DNA of 64,000 nt. Source: an uncultured Chlamydiae bacterium (GTDB taxonomy: Bacteria; Chlamydiota; Chlamydiia; Chlamydiales; JAJFMA01). How positions within the stretch are numbered: the stretch's first letter is position 1; the number at the start of each line of letters is the position of its first letter. Both the position numbers and the translations under genes were made by a program. The notes under the pieces are model-generated. The model searched no databases. It worked only from the letters and a program-made list of their open reading frames with translations, and had not been told where the DNA came from. Positions 19,595-28,847 of this stretch are shown in pieces. The DNA lies in the NCBI GenBank assembly GCA_963713615.1, contig CAVQMM010000001.1, forward strand, positions 3,264,001 through 3,328,000, in the 5' to 3' direction.

Positions 19595-20122
19595 CTACTT
19601 GGTATTACTGGTAGCCACTGCAGGTGCGGGCAGCAAGGCTGTGAGGGCGATCCATGCCACTCCAATGAAGACTGCGGAGTCCGCCAGATTAAAGACTGGG
19701 TAGTCATACCCCCAGAAGATAAAGTGGACCATGTCGATCACGTAGCCATAGGTGAAAAAATCAATCACATTACCAATGGCCCCTGCCATGACTAAAGCAA
19801 TGGGAAGTACCCAACGTGGCTGCGTGTTAAAGAACAGTAGATAAGCCAAGAGGCAGAAAATGAGGATGATACGCAGGCAGAGAAGATAGATATGAAAGTC
19901 AGCCAGAACACCCCAGGCGGCCCCGTAATTCGTGAGAAAGGTGATAGAAAATTCGATGCCCAGGAAATTCCGAAATATGCCAATTCCCCCATAAGGATAG
20001 ACCATCGGACTATCGATCATCAACGGGATATAGTGTTCCGTTAACCATTTGGTGATCTGGTCTACAATAAGAATAAAGGAAAATAGCAAGAAGGCTGCAC
20101 GGGCCTGTCCAAATAATCGCAT
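19595..20122 (-). CDS. lspA: Lipoprotein signal peptidase II
   Basis: DQITK, NYGAAWG, GAIGNVID, VIDM and PVFNLADS motifs. Confidence 0.96.
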   Translation of the reverse strand: MRLFGQARAAFLLFSFILIVDQITKWLTEHYIPLMIDSPMVYPYGGIGIFRNFLGIEFSITFLTNYGAAWGVLADFHIYLLCLRIILIFCLLAYLLFFNTQPRWVLPIALVMAGAIGNVIDFFTYGYVIDMVHFIFWGYDYPVFNLADSAVFIGVAWIALTALLPAPAVATSNTK

Positions 20123-20124
20123 TT

Positions 20125-20490
20125 CTATATCAAGCCCTTTTCGACTTTTTCCTGTGCTTTCACCGTCATCACTGCGTAGGGAACGGCTTCCAGCCTTAGC
20201 AAGGGAATTTCGTCGCCAGTAATATCGCAGATGCCGTAGGTACCTTCTTCGATCTTTTCCAATGCACGTTCAATCTGCCGCAATGTCCGGTATTCACTAG
20301 AGGTGACCTCTAGATTAATCGTGCGGTCGAAGTCATCGGTGCCTTGGTCAGCCTGATGCTGCGAATAGCCCGTTGCTTCATCGGGTGTCTTTACTTCCGC
20401 CGTAGTGCCTTTGAGAGATTGAGTGATCTGGTCACGCAGCTCCTCAAGCCTTTTCTTAAACTCGGCGATTTGTGCTTTTTTAAGTGCCAT
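20125..20490 (-). CDS. dksA: DksA/TraR family transcription factor
   Basis: HQADQGTD, ALEKIEEGTYGICD and RLEAVP motifs; chlamydial nrdR-dksA-lspA order. Confidence 0.93.
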   Translation of the reverse strand: MALKKAQIAEFKKRLEELRDQITQSLKGTTAEVKTPDEATGYSQHQADQGTDDFDRTINLEVTSSEYRTLRQIERALEKIEEGTYGICDITGDEIPLLRLEAVPYAVMTVKAQEKVEKGLI

Positions 20491-20504
20491 CTAAAACCTC
20501 CTCC

Positions 20505-20993
20505 CTACTTATTGAGGGGATCCAATCTTCTCGCTTTAGTATCATCCTTAGCAGGTATTGAGTTAATCGCTTCCATGAGCTCATCGATATTCTTTAATCT
20601 ACAATACACGCACGCAAAACGTATATAAGCGATAGGGTCAAGTCGCTGCAATGCCTGCATTGCTAGTTCGCCTAGCTCTGTTGTAGTGATCTCTCGTACC
20701 TGCCTTCGCATCAGTTCATCAGTAATCTCAGCAGCCATCTTGGTGACCTGATCTCGGCTCACACTAGTGTGACGGCATGCTGCATCTAATCCATTAACTA
20801 GTTTACTCTGCTGAAAATCCTCAAATCTACCATCTCGTTTATGCACTTGTAGGGTCAGTTCTAAGGTTTCAAAAGTCGTGAAGCGTTGCTGACACTTCAA
20901 ACATTCTCGCCTTCGACGAATCGCGTTATGTTCTACCGTCTCCCTTGAGTCTGTTACTCGAAGCTCGTCATGATGGCAATAAGGACATTTCAT
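20505..20993 (-). CDS. nrdR: Transcriptional repressor NrdR
   Basis: MKCPYC, IRRRREC..C..RFTTFE, ATP-cone and AYIRFACVY motifs. Confidence 0.97.
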   Translation of the reverse strand: MKCPYCHHDELRVTDSRETVEHNAIRRRRECLKCQQRFTTFETLELTLQVHKRDGRFEDFQQSKLVNGLDAACRHTSVSRDQVTKMAAEITDELMRRQVREITTTELGELAMQALQRLDPIAYIRFACVYCRLKNIDELMEAINSIPAKDDTKARRLDPLNK

Positions 20994-21224
20994 TGCTATG
21001 CGCTATTTCTACGGATCTTAAGCAAATATAATCTTTTTGCCCCTAATATTCAATCCTTTGCTACGTAGTATAGCATAACAAGCTCTGCGATTTCAAAGGA
21101 CTTTTATACCACACTTGGTATACCTCCACAGGGGGTGGGCACATCCTAGCCCACTCATACGAAATGTGTCGAGTATAAAAGCCATCTTCTTGCTTTTTCG
21201 TAGGGAGTTGTTGGGTGTGCATGT

Positions 21225-21317
21225 ATACCACGCGCGGGTAGGTTTGTACATTCGACTAGTGCGAAAGTTCGCGCTGTTGGCGCAATCGAATGTGCAAAAC
21301 CTACCCGCGCGTGGTAT
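21225..21317. repeat. 93-bp hairpin / mini-MITE with ATACCACGCGCGG termini
   Basis: Arms of about 31 bp complementary with one G-T pair and one bulge; the core CCGCGCGTGGT recurs at about 14580-14590 and 33884-33894. Confidence 0.8.
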
Positions 21318-21459
21318 CATAGATCTAAAAAGAGGCAATTCAATCTTTTTTTATTGAGTCTCTAAGGAGTTCGATCTAACATCGCGCCTTAAAGAATTGT
21401 TTACAGCGGCGACCTTTGTGAGCTTTGCCGCTGCGGTGACCCAAGGAGGTCTACGAATT

Positions 21460-22098
21460 ATGAGAGTCATTGAAGCCTTTTCACAGCTATGCGGGAAGGT
21501 TTTTGTAGCCTGTGTGTTTTTAGGAGTCTCATTCAATACTGCTAGTGCCGCGGATACGATAACCGAACGGTCATCTATGACCGAGTTCGATAAGACGATT
21601 ACTTTTACAAGTAAGGGTCAAACGTATACGTTGTCATGCACGGGGACCAGTCTTCGTCGTAAGTGGTTCATTAAAGGTTATGCTATAGCTCATTATATTG
21701 AAAACCCCGTTAAGGGTGATCAAGAAGCCGTTCTCAAAGATATCTTTTCTACCGACAAGGCTAAACAAGTCAGCATGATGTGGCTGCATAAGTTACCGTT
21801 GAGTCTCATCCGCGATGGCTTTAAAGAAAGTCTTCACAAAACCCTCAAAGACGCTGATTATTCAGCCATAGAACCGGAGATCAACAAGCTCCTGAACTTC
21901 TTCAAGGTAGATGCTGAGGTAGGGGATATGATCGTCATGCGTTGGTTGCCTGGAGGCTATGTGGAGTTGCTTATTAACGACCAAAGTATGGGTAGCCTGG
22001 TGAGTCTCGATCTTGCCAAAGCGCTATGGTCCATTTGGTTGGGCCCCGATGCTGTTGTAGATCGCAAACAATTGATCGCTTTGGTCTCGACTAGTTAA
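21460..22098 (+). CDS. Chalcone isomerase-like secreted protein
   Basis: AGGAGGT RBS; signal peptide; GTSLRRKWFIKGYAIAHY and ALWSIWLG motifs. Confidence 0.82.
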   Translation: MRVIEAFSQLCGKVFVACVFLGVSFNTASAADTITERSSMTEFDKTITFTSKGQTYTLSCTGTSLRRKWFIKGYAIAHYIENPVKGDQEAVLKDIFSTDKAKQVSMMWLHKLPLSLIRDGFKESLHKTLKDADYSAIEPEINKLLNFFKVDAEVGDMIVMRWLPGGYVELLINDQSMGSLVSLDLAKALWSIWLGPDAVVDRKQLIALVSTS

Positions 22099-22141
22099 TT
22101 ACGGCTTTCCATAAGCATCTTTTCGCGCACTGCCGTTTGGG

Positions 22142-22171
22142 GGCCTTGTTCACCTTTGCGGTCAGTTTTCG
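22142..22171. mobile_element. Isolated left end of MITE-A
   Basis: GGCCTTGTTCACCTTTGCGGTCAGTTTTCG; directly abuts the stop codon of the minus-strand ORF at 22172. Confidence 0.85.
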
Positions 22172-23686
22172 CTATACCGTTTGTAGTAGCCGCAGCTGCT
22201 CTTTCAAAGGTTTCTGGTCTGCTCGGTATTGAAGCGATTTCTTCAAGCAATGTATTGTTCTAGGAGGGGCGTCGCTTTGTTTTGCACGTATTCTCCACTT
22301 ATTTGCCTTGGATTGGGCATCCTTCATGACTACGACTGTATAGTGTTTTAAGGTCTCTGACGAAACAAGGTGATACTTTGGAACATATCCATAAGTCGTC
22401 AGGGTATTCAGGGCCATCAAGCGGATTTCCCAAGGAAGTTCCTCAAGGACGAATTGTTCCGTTTCCATGTTTAGATGAGATAGGTCATGAAGGGTGGCAT
22501 AGTCCTCAATGGCTTTTTTTAGATCTAATGTTTCAGATCGTTGCAAGCAGGCCAGAATCAATCGATGTGTGAGTCTGATGTAATCATCTACCATCCAATC
22601 ATCAATAAGGAAATGGCCCTCTGAGCATTTTAGGATGACTCTCCCTTCTTCCTCGACGAGGATCGGAGATGAATTTTTAGGTACACAGTTTCCAGGTTTT
22701 AAATGCTTAAGGAATTCCTTGTCCGCTAAGGCTAGGGTCACGAAGGTTTTGCGGATTTGCGGATAATAGAGTGATAGAGAGAAGTCGCGCACGAATATTT
22801 CAAGTGAGGGTAGTTTCCCCTTCAGGTTATTTTGTATTTGGTAAAGCAGATAAAAGGCTGTTTCTCTGTTTATAGCTGTATAAGATATTTGGCCGTTGTT
22901 GATCAGTTCTTCAGCTTCGTCAGAAAGCTGATAGCCACGTCTTTGTAGGGAATATAGCCCTGCAGGAACAGCCATTCTATTGGATTCTTCCTTGATGTCA
23001 GAGTGTAGCTCGATGAATAATTTCGTGAGGTCCGCGACATTCTCCTCAGACAGACAAGGAGGCAGGAGCGTAAGTGCTTCGCATATGTCTGTGCAGATCT
23101 TGTCGAAGTCCTCGTCATAATCCTTCTTAGCGCGTCGTATGATGATGGTGTGGTTTAGAGCTGTATGGGTAAAGTGCTTGCAGACAGTGCGGCATTCTTC
23201 ATAGCGGCCTTGCTTATAAAGAACCCTTGCAAAGGTTCCCCAAAGGTGCAATTTGACGGTTGAGCAAGAAATGGATTGGATAAGAGCTTCTATTCCTTCT
23301 ATATCTGCATCGCTGTGATGATCTCTGAGGTAGTTTGTGATGGTTCGGCAAACGGCTGAAGTGTGATGATTTCTACGCTGTTCCCAGAGGACTTCACTGC
23401 TTCGCATTCCCCTTGCTCCTGGCTCTATAATTCCAGCAACGAATGGCCTTGTGAGATAATACAACGTTGATGCGAATTCAAGGGCTGCCCTCCCCTGTTC
23501 ATGTGTTAAAGCAGTAGACTCCGGGTGTGGTTTTTTCTTGCGAGGTTCTTCAAGACCGTGAATGCAGGTTAGAAAAATTTTTCCAGTGAGGTAGCCTGTC
23601 AATACAGCGCTGGTCATTGCTAACGCCATTGTTTCTGCAGGGATAGGTAGATAGTCTTCAAAAGTTTGCATGGCGAGATAGGCCAC
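22172..23686 (-). CDS. Hypothetical protein with an N-terminal hydrophobic segment (possible effector)
   Basis: 504-aa ORF with no recognisable motif; start uncertain. Confidence 0.72.
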   Translation of the reverse strand: MAYLAMQTFEDYLPIPAETMALAMTSAVLTGYLTGKIFLTCIHGLEEPRKKKPHPESTALTHEQGRAALEFASTLYYLTRPFVAGIIEPGARGMRSSEVLWEQRRNHHTSAVCRTITNYLRDHHSDADIEGIEALIQSISCSTVKLHLWGTFARVLYKQGRYEECRTVCKHFTHTALNHTIIIRRAKKDYDEDFDKICTDICEALTLLPPCLSEENVADLTKLFIELHSDIKEESNRMAVPAGLYSLQRRGYQLSDEAEELINNGQISYTAINRETAFYLLYQIQNNLKGKLPSLEIFVRDFSLSLYYPQIRKTFVTLALADKEFLKHLKPGNCVPKNSSPILVEEEGRVILKCSEGHFLIDDWMVDDYIRLTHRLILACLQRSETLDLKKAIEDYATLHDLSHLNMETEQFVLEELPWEIRLMALNTLTTYGYVPKYHLVSSETLKHYTVVVMKDAQSKANKWRIRAKQSDAPPRTIHCLKKSLQYRADQKPLKEQLRLLQTV

Positions 23687-23994
23687 TACTGAGGAGGCTT
23701 CGCCAATGACCCGTGTATATTGAGAGGCATGAACCGTTGACTGAATACCTCAGTAACAAGCTTTGCTTAAATGAAGCATCTAACTACCATCTTTATAAAT
23801 CAATAAAAGAGATTATTTATCAGAGAGCATGCTATCGAAAAATGATTAATTATGCAACGAATAGTTCGTTATTTTAAAATGATGCGTGGGTGTTTGTTTG
23901 AAATTTCAAGGATTTTAGTTTATTGTGAATAATTGAACGGATTGTTTGAGATGATTCTGGGAGATCAGATTCCCTAGCGTCTTTATTCCGCCAT

Positions 23995-24363
23995 TTATGG
24001 CGCTATTATGGCTGCCAAGGCAGTGTCCACTGTGTCATAGATAGGGATTAGCCCCTTGAGGCTGACGATGGTTAGCAACTCGTCTACATTGCTGCAGACA
24101 CAGGCCAATGCCATGTGTCCCTCTTTGCCCAGGGTTTTATACAGTAATAGTAAAACGCCTATACCAGCGCTATCGATGAAGTCTACTGTTGAGAGATCAA
24201 CAACAAAATTTTTATGGCCTTGTTCGCATAGCTTGATGACTTCGAGCCTGAATGCCTTAGCTGTAAAAGCATCCAGAAACTTATTTGCGATTCGGACCAC
24301 TGCCGTATCATTGATGATTTTCACTTCACATTGCATAGTATCCAGTTGGCTAAGGTCTATCAT
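23995..24363 (-). CDS. STAS-domain anti-sigma factor antagonist
   Basis: VVDLSTVDFIDSAGIGVL phosphoacceptor motif. Confidence 0.92.
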   Translation of the reverse strand: MIDLSQLDTMQCEVKIINDTAVVRIANKFLDAFTAKAFRLEVIKLCEQGHKNFVVDLSTVDFIDSAGIGVLLLLYKTLGKEGHMALACVCSNVDELLTIVSLKGLIPIYDTVDTALAAIIAP

Positions 24364-24409
24364 TTTGAGCAGCCTGATACCAGGCTGCTCTCTGGGTTAT
24401 ACCATAGAC

Positions 24410-25363
24410 CTAACTTTTGACTTTAAGGACGATTTTGCCTCGAGTATGTCCTTGTAAGACCTTATCAATGGCTTTAGCGGCATCTTTTAAAGGCATCTCT
24501 TCCACTTGAGGTGGAACGACTTTTTTCTGCTTAATTAGATCGCTGATTTGCCTTAAATGGTCACCATTTGGGGATACGAAGACATACTCTGCGGTAATCT
24601 TCTTGCCTTTAGCATGGTCAGCGTTGGGTGGCTGTACGATGCCAGCCAGGCGTCCGCCATCCTTCACCACTTGGTAGCTTTTCTCCAATGTATTGCCTCC
24701 TACGGTGTCGAATACGGCGTCAACGCCTTTCGGAAGGTCCTTATGGATACGGTCTACGAAAGACTCTTGAGTGTAGTCAATAACGACGTCGGCACCGAGG
24801 TTTTTTACGTAGTCATGATTGCGAGCGGATGCGGTGGAATACACTTTGGCACCGGCCCAATGAGCAAATTGTACAGCGAAACCCCCGACACCTCCTGCTC
24901 CGGCATGGATGAGCACCGTTTCACCTTTTTTGAGTTTCAAAGCGTCAAAGAGGGCTTGCCAGGCTGTCAGTGCTGCCAAAGGAATTGCCGCGGCTTGCGC
25001 GAAGGTGAGGTTTTCAGGGATAGCTACAACGTGCTCGGCGGGGTAACATGCAAACTGGCAAAAAGTGCCCCATTGAACAGTTGGTTTGCGAAAATAGGCG
25101 TAGACTTTATCGCCGACTTTGAAATTTTTTACATTCTTGCCCACTGCGGCAATGGTTCCGGCACCGTCCCATCCTAGTATAATGGGCCAGTGGTGAGGCA
25201 GGCGATCTTTGAGAACTCCCTGGAGGATTTTGCCATCAACTGGGTTAACCCCGGCATACTGTATCTCTATTTGAACTTCATTGTCCTGGGGCTGAGGTGT
25301 TGGTAGATCGACCAGGTGAATTTGGTCTAATGCTCCAAACTTCTCTATCGTGACCGCTTTCAT
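24410..25363 (-). CDS. NADP-dependent quinone oxidoreductase (MDR family)
   Basis: AGVNPVD, ILGWDGAG, LIHAGAGGVG and GHTRGKIVL motifs. Confidence 0.93.
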   Translation of the reverse strand: MKAVTIEKFGALDQIHLVDLPTPQPQDNEVQIEIQYAGVNPVDGKILQGVLKDRLPHHWPIILGWDGAGTIAAVGKNVKNFKVGDKVYAYFRKPTVQWGTFCQFACYPAEHVVAIPENLTFAQAAAIPLAALTAWQALFDALKLKKGETVLIHAGAGGVGGFAVQFAHWAGAKVYSTASARNHDYVKNLGADVVIDYTQESFVDRIHKDLPKGVDAVFDTVGGNTLEKSYQVVKDGGRLAGIVQPPNADHAKGKKITAEYVFVSPNGDHLRQISDLIKQKKVVPPQVEEMPLKDAAKAIDKVLQGHTRGKIVLKVKS

Positions 25364-25460
25364 GCATTACCTCCTAATTAATTGGTGACTTGGCTCACCA
25401 TAAAAATTTTTACAATCTATGGCAAGTCTACAGGTTTCTATCGAGGGGTGGTGAAGTCCT

Positions 25461-26363
25461 TTAGTGGTTATTGACGTAGTAAACAGGAGTCCATCCCTGG
25501 GTGTCAACAATATTAGCGTCAGCACCACCCTCAATGAGCAACTGCACGATCTTCTCATTCTGCTTTTTAGCTGCGAAGTGCAGGGCTGTAGAACCGTGAA
25601 TATCCTGAGCGTCTAAGGGAGCCTCAGCCTTGACAAGCGTGCGGATAAGCGGAATGTCCTCAGCTTGAACTGCCCAATGCAGCGGGGTAAAGCCAATGCG
25701 ATTGGCGATATCCACCCTGGCGCCATTTTTTAGGAGTAGAGCCGAAATGTCACGAAGGCCATCTTTGGCCGCCCAGTGCAGTGGGGTTGCGTCAAAGCAG
25801 TTGACTGCGCTGACTTCCGCCCCATGGGAGATAAGGACTTGAACGCACCGCGTAAAACCCTCCGAGGCTGCCCAATGCAAAGGGGTGAAGCCTCGATCGT
25901 TTCGGGTATTCACGCGTGCACCGTTGCGTATAAGCACCTGCATGATCTCTTCATGTCCGAGGCGAGCTGCCCAATGAAGAGGAGTTTCTAGACGAGAATT
26001 TTGACAGTGTACCTCCGCTTTATGACGGATCAGAAGCTCAACAAGTGGTAAGTGACCACCAAGGACAGCGTAATGAAGAGGAGTCCATGCATTTTGGTCC
26101 CGTTCCGAGCTCTGATCGCCGCGCTTTAGCAGTTGGGTAGCGGGGGAAGCTGTTCCAAAGAATGCTGCTTTGTGAAGAGGTGATTGCTCTGACAATGCAC
26201 TCTCACTCTTCTCGGTGCACAGATTAAGAATCCAGGATGCGTCTTGATTGATGTCGGAGAGAGACATCCGTACGCCACGCTGTAATAGTTTGGGGACTTC
26301 ATTCCAATTATCTCTTTCCACGGCTTTCGCAATCTCTGAGTGTGCACTGGTAGTCATTTGCAT
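25461..26363 (-). CDS. Ankyrin repeat protein (about 7 repeats)
   Basis: Repeated TPLHWAA..G..L+..GA motifs at 33-aa spacing. Confidence 0.95.
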   Translation of the reverse strand: MQMTTSAHSEIAKAVERDNWNEVPKLLQRGVRMSLSDINQDASWILNLCTEKSESALSEQSPLHKAAFFGTASPATQLLKRGDQSSERDQNAWTPLHYAVLGGHLPLVELLIRHKAEVHCQNSRLETPLHWAARLGHEEIMQVLIRNGARVNTRNDRGFTPLHWAASEGFTRCVQVLISHGAEVSAVNCFDATPLHWAAKDGLRDISALLLKNGARVDIANRIGFTPLHWAVQAEDIPLIRTLVKAEAPLDAQDIHGSTALHFAAKKQNEKIVQLLIEGGADANIVDTQGWTPVYYVNNH

Positions 26364-26459
26364 ATTCCGCTCCTAACTTGGATGTGACAAACCGAATACT
26401 ATCAATTTTTGATTTATACATCAATCGATCGCAAAATTGGAATTTGGCTCATGCAAATG

Positions 26460-26518
26460 GCTTATCTTTCAATGTCTTAGGATTTCACGATCATCACTCC
26501 GCGCGCAGCGCTTTGGAG
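26460..26518 (+). repeat. Degenerate internal fragment of element B
   Basis: Aligns to about 7890-7948 (CAATG.CTTAGGA.TTCAC.ATC...GCGCGCAGCGCTTTGGAG). Confidence 0.75.
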
Positions 26519-26682
26519 CCCCAACCGACTGCGTCGCCAATATCCGAAAGTAACGCATACGGGCATGGGCAAGGGCACGAAAGGAGGGGAGGGAGCGGAA
26601 TTGTGCCACTATTACAAAAGACTTGTCTAACAGCGCTGGATTTGTTACAGATATTAAAAATTTCAATTGAATAGGAGTCGAT

Positions 26683-27132
26683 ATGGAACGACTGTTCTTG
26701 TGTGTGACAGTGTTGTGCCTGAGTTTCTTTAGCTTTGCTGAAGCTAAGGAGTGTATCAAATGCAAAACCATGGCGGCATGGGGATTGGCGGCCGAGCCCG
26801 CTAGCTTGTTCAACGCGGACAATGTCGCCAGGTATGAAGGAGATGTTGTTTCTGTGCAGGAGGTGGAGCCTAAAGATGGCCTGGTAGATGGGATTTATGT
26901 GCTGCTCAAGACACCTGATGGCAACACTGCTGTACGCCTAGGCCCAGCTTGGTATTTAAAGAAACAAGGGTTTGAAGTACAACCTCGTGATAAGCTAGAA
27001 ATTATGGCTTCCAAGGTGACAACAGAAAGTGACAAACCAGCGCTAATCGCCACTAAAGCCAAGAATGGTAACAAGACGATTGCCCTCCGTAGTTCTGCTG
27101 GAGCTGTGGTGTGGAATGGTTTAGATAGGTAA
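26683..27132 (+). CDS. Secreted OB-fold-like protein (resembles the VxLGPxWY family)
   Basis: RBS; signal peptide; VRLGPAWYL and LRSSAGAVVW motifs. Confidence 0.7.
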   Translation: MERLFLCVTVLCLSFFSFAEAKECIKCKTMAAWGLAAEPASLFNADNVARYEGDVVSVQEVEPKDGLVDGIYVLLKTPDGNTAVRLGPAWYLKKQGFEVQPRDKLEIMASKVTTESDKPALIATKAKNGNKTIALRSSAGAVVWNGLDR

Positions 27133-27161
27133 TCCCATTTCCCTTATCAGTTGAGTATTTC

Positions 27162-27929
27162 GTGTTGCGCTATTGTCAATGCTTTTTGAGACATGCCGTG
27201 ATGCTTCTGATGGCTATCTACGCCCCAACTACCGTTGGGGCGGACCTTTACGCCATGATCATCGCCGATACCGTATCACCGACTGGTCACGCCGCAGCAA
27301 TGGATTTGGAACGTGTCCGCATGGCCCTCAAGGCTTTGTCACGACATAGTGGCATTAAAGTCCACGTTCAGGCCTTTACGGGAGATCAGGTAACATCCAA
27401 CAACCTTTGCGCTGCGGTAATGGCTCTTCCTGTTACAAGCAATGATATAGCTGTCTTTTATTACCTCGGACATGGTTATCGGACATCTCACAAAGTTTCT
27501 GTTTGGCCCTATTTATATGTTTGCAATGATCGTACTGCTATAGATCTACAGTTGATTGTAGAGAGCTTCATCAGCAAGAAGCCACATATGGCGTTGATAG
27601 TGGCTGACTGTTGCAACAACGTGATGGATGACCAGACGGGGGTCCCTTGGGCAGGGCATCCGCATTTGAAGAAAGGGATTAAGAAGCCAGGGCCGGGTTA
27701 TCGAGCTCTCTTTCAGAACTTCGAGGGTATTGTGGTGGCATGCGCTTCACAAGCTGGCGACTACGCCTATTGTCACAGTAAGGGGCATTTTTATACAGAA
27801 GCCTTCCTGGAAGCCTTGCATGAAGAAATTTATGTTCGCAATCCACAGTGGTCCAACCTGCTGCATAGAGCTAGTTTGAAGGTTCAAAATATGCAGATTC
27901 CCTACCACGAAATCCTTCTCTATCCCTAG
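27162..27929 (+). CDS. Caspase-family (peptidase C14) protein with signal peptide
   Basis: FYYLGHG catalytic His, IVADCCN catalytic Cys, ASQAGDYAY...FYTEAF. Confidence 0.85.
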   Translation: MLRYCQCFLRHAVMLLMAIYAPTTVGADLYAMIIADTVSPTGHAAAMDLERVRMALKALSRHSGIKVHVQAFTGDQVTSNNLCAAVMALPVTSNDIAVFYYLGHGYRTSHKVSVWPYLYVCNDRTAIDLQLIVESFISKKPHMALIVADCCNNVMDDQTGVPWAGHPHLKKGIKKPGPGYRALFQNFEGIVVACASQAGDYAYCHSKGHFYTEAFLEALHEEIYVRNPQWSNLLHRASLKVQNMQIPYHEILLYP

Positions 27930-28029
27930 CTCCCATTGACGTCGAAGATGTCTTAACATCCCTTTAATGCCTCGTAAATGATTGCTCGCTAGACTTTCTT
28001 TAGGATGAATCAAGCGAGGAGCTCTGCAC

Positions 28030-28836
28030 ATGGCTTTTTGGAAAAAACTAGCGCTATTTGCTTACATGGCACTGTTTTTTTACGGTATGCCTGTAGCTCA
28101 TGCGGCGACGATTCATGCTGTTTTAATTGGGGATACCTTAGATCCGATCATCGGGGGTACTGTGCAGACTGACATAGACCGGATGAATAGGCTATTACAA
28201 GCTATAGCGAATTCGGGGGATCTGGATTTGTCACTGCACATATTTGATGGGGATGAGTACCAGCCAAGGCCTATATTTGATTATGTCAAAAATCTACAAG
28301 TAGATGATGACGATGTGGTCTTCTATTACCATTCTAGCCATGGTTTTCGTGGGCGTTCTATGAAAGAGGCCTGGCCAGCACTGTATTTTGGAGGGAATGA
28401 CGAACACCTTAGACTTCAAGATATCATAGACGTCATTGAGAAAAAGCCACATCGCTTATCAATCATACTGGCAGACTGCTGCAACCACTCGTGGTCCTAT
28501 GATCCGCCATTTTACAATCTTGAGTTAGGCTCTATGTTCGGCTTTTATTGGTTTAAAGAACATAATAGCCAGGCACTTTTTAGAGAGTTCAAAGGCTCTA
28601 TTATTGCTTGCGGAGCTCAGCCTGGCCAATCCTCTTATACTAATGCTCAATCAGGCGGTTACTTCACTCGCCATTTTATCGATGCCCTTGGGCGTGCTCT
28701 CCGCGGCTTCTTCACTCCTTCATGGAATGATATCCTGCAGGAAGCTTCCGATTACACCCATGGTAGCGTGAAATGGAGAAAAAAAAATGGTGAATTGGCG
28801 ATTCAAAAACCGCATTTTGATATCCGAGCCAATTGA
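28030..28836 (+). CDS. Caspase-family (peptidase C14) protein with signal peptide, paralog
   Basis: FYYHSSHG, ILADCCN and AQPGQSSY...GGYFTRHF motifs. Confidence 0.85.
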   Translation: MAFWKKLALFAYMALFFYGMPVAHAATIHAVLIGDTLDPIIGGTVQTDIDRMNRLLQAIANSGDLDLSLHIFDGDEYQPRPIFDYVKNLQVDDDDVVFYYHSSHGFRGRSMKEAWPALYFGGNDEHLRLQDIIDVIEKKPHRLSIILADCCNHSWSYDPPFYNLELGSMFGFYWFKEHNSQALFREFKGSIIACGAQPGQSSYTNAQSGGYFTRHFIDALGRALRGFFTPSWNDILQEASDYTHGSVKWRKKNGELAIQKPHFDIRAN

Positions 28837-28847
28837 GTAATTGCTCC

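Noticed and set aside
14605..22171. Integron cassette array with attC sites
   Set aside because: The hairpins lack RYYYAAC/GTTRRRY boxes, genes are in mixed orientation, and there is no integrase in the window
24557..25177. Long antisense ORFs (e.g. 24557-25177, 11791-12327, 2401-2841)
   Set aside because: Shadow frames opposite well-supported genes
26683..27132. Magnetosome or c-type cytochrome protein
   Set aside because: The motif is CIKCK, not CxxCH, and no mam genes are nearby
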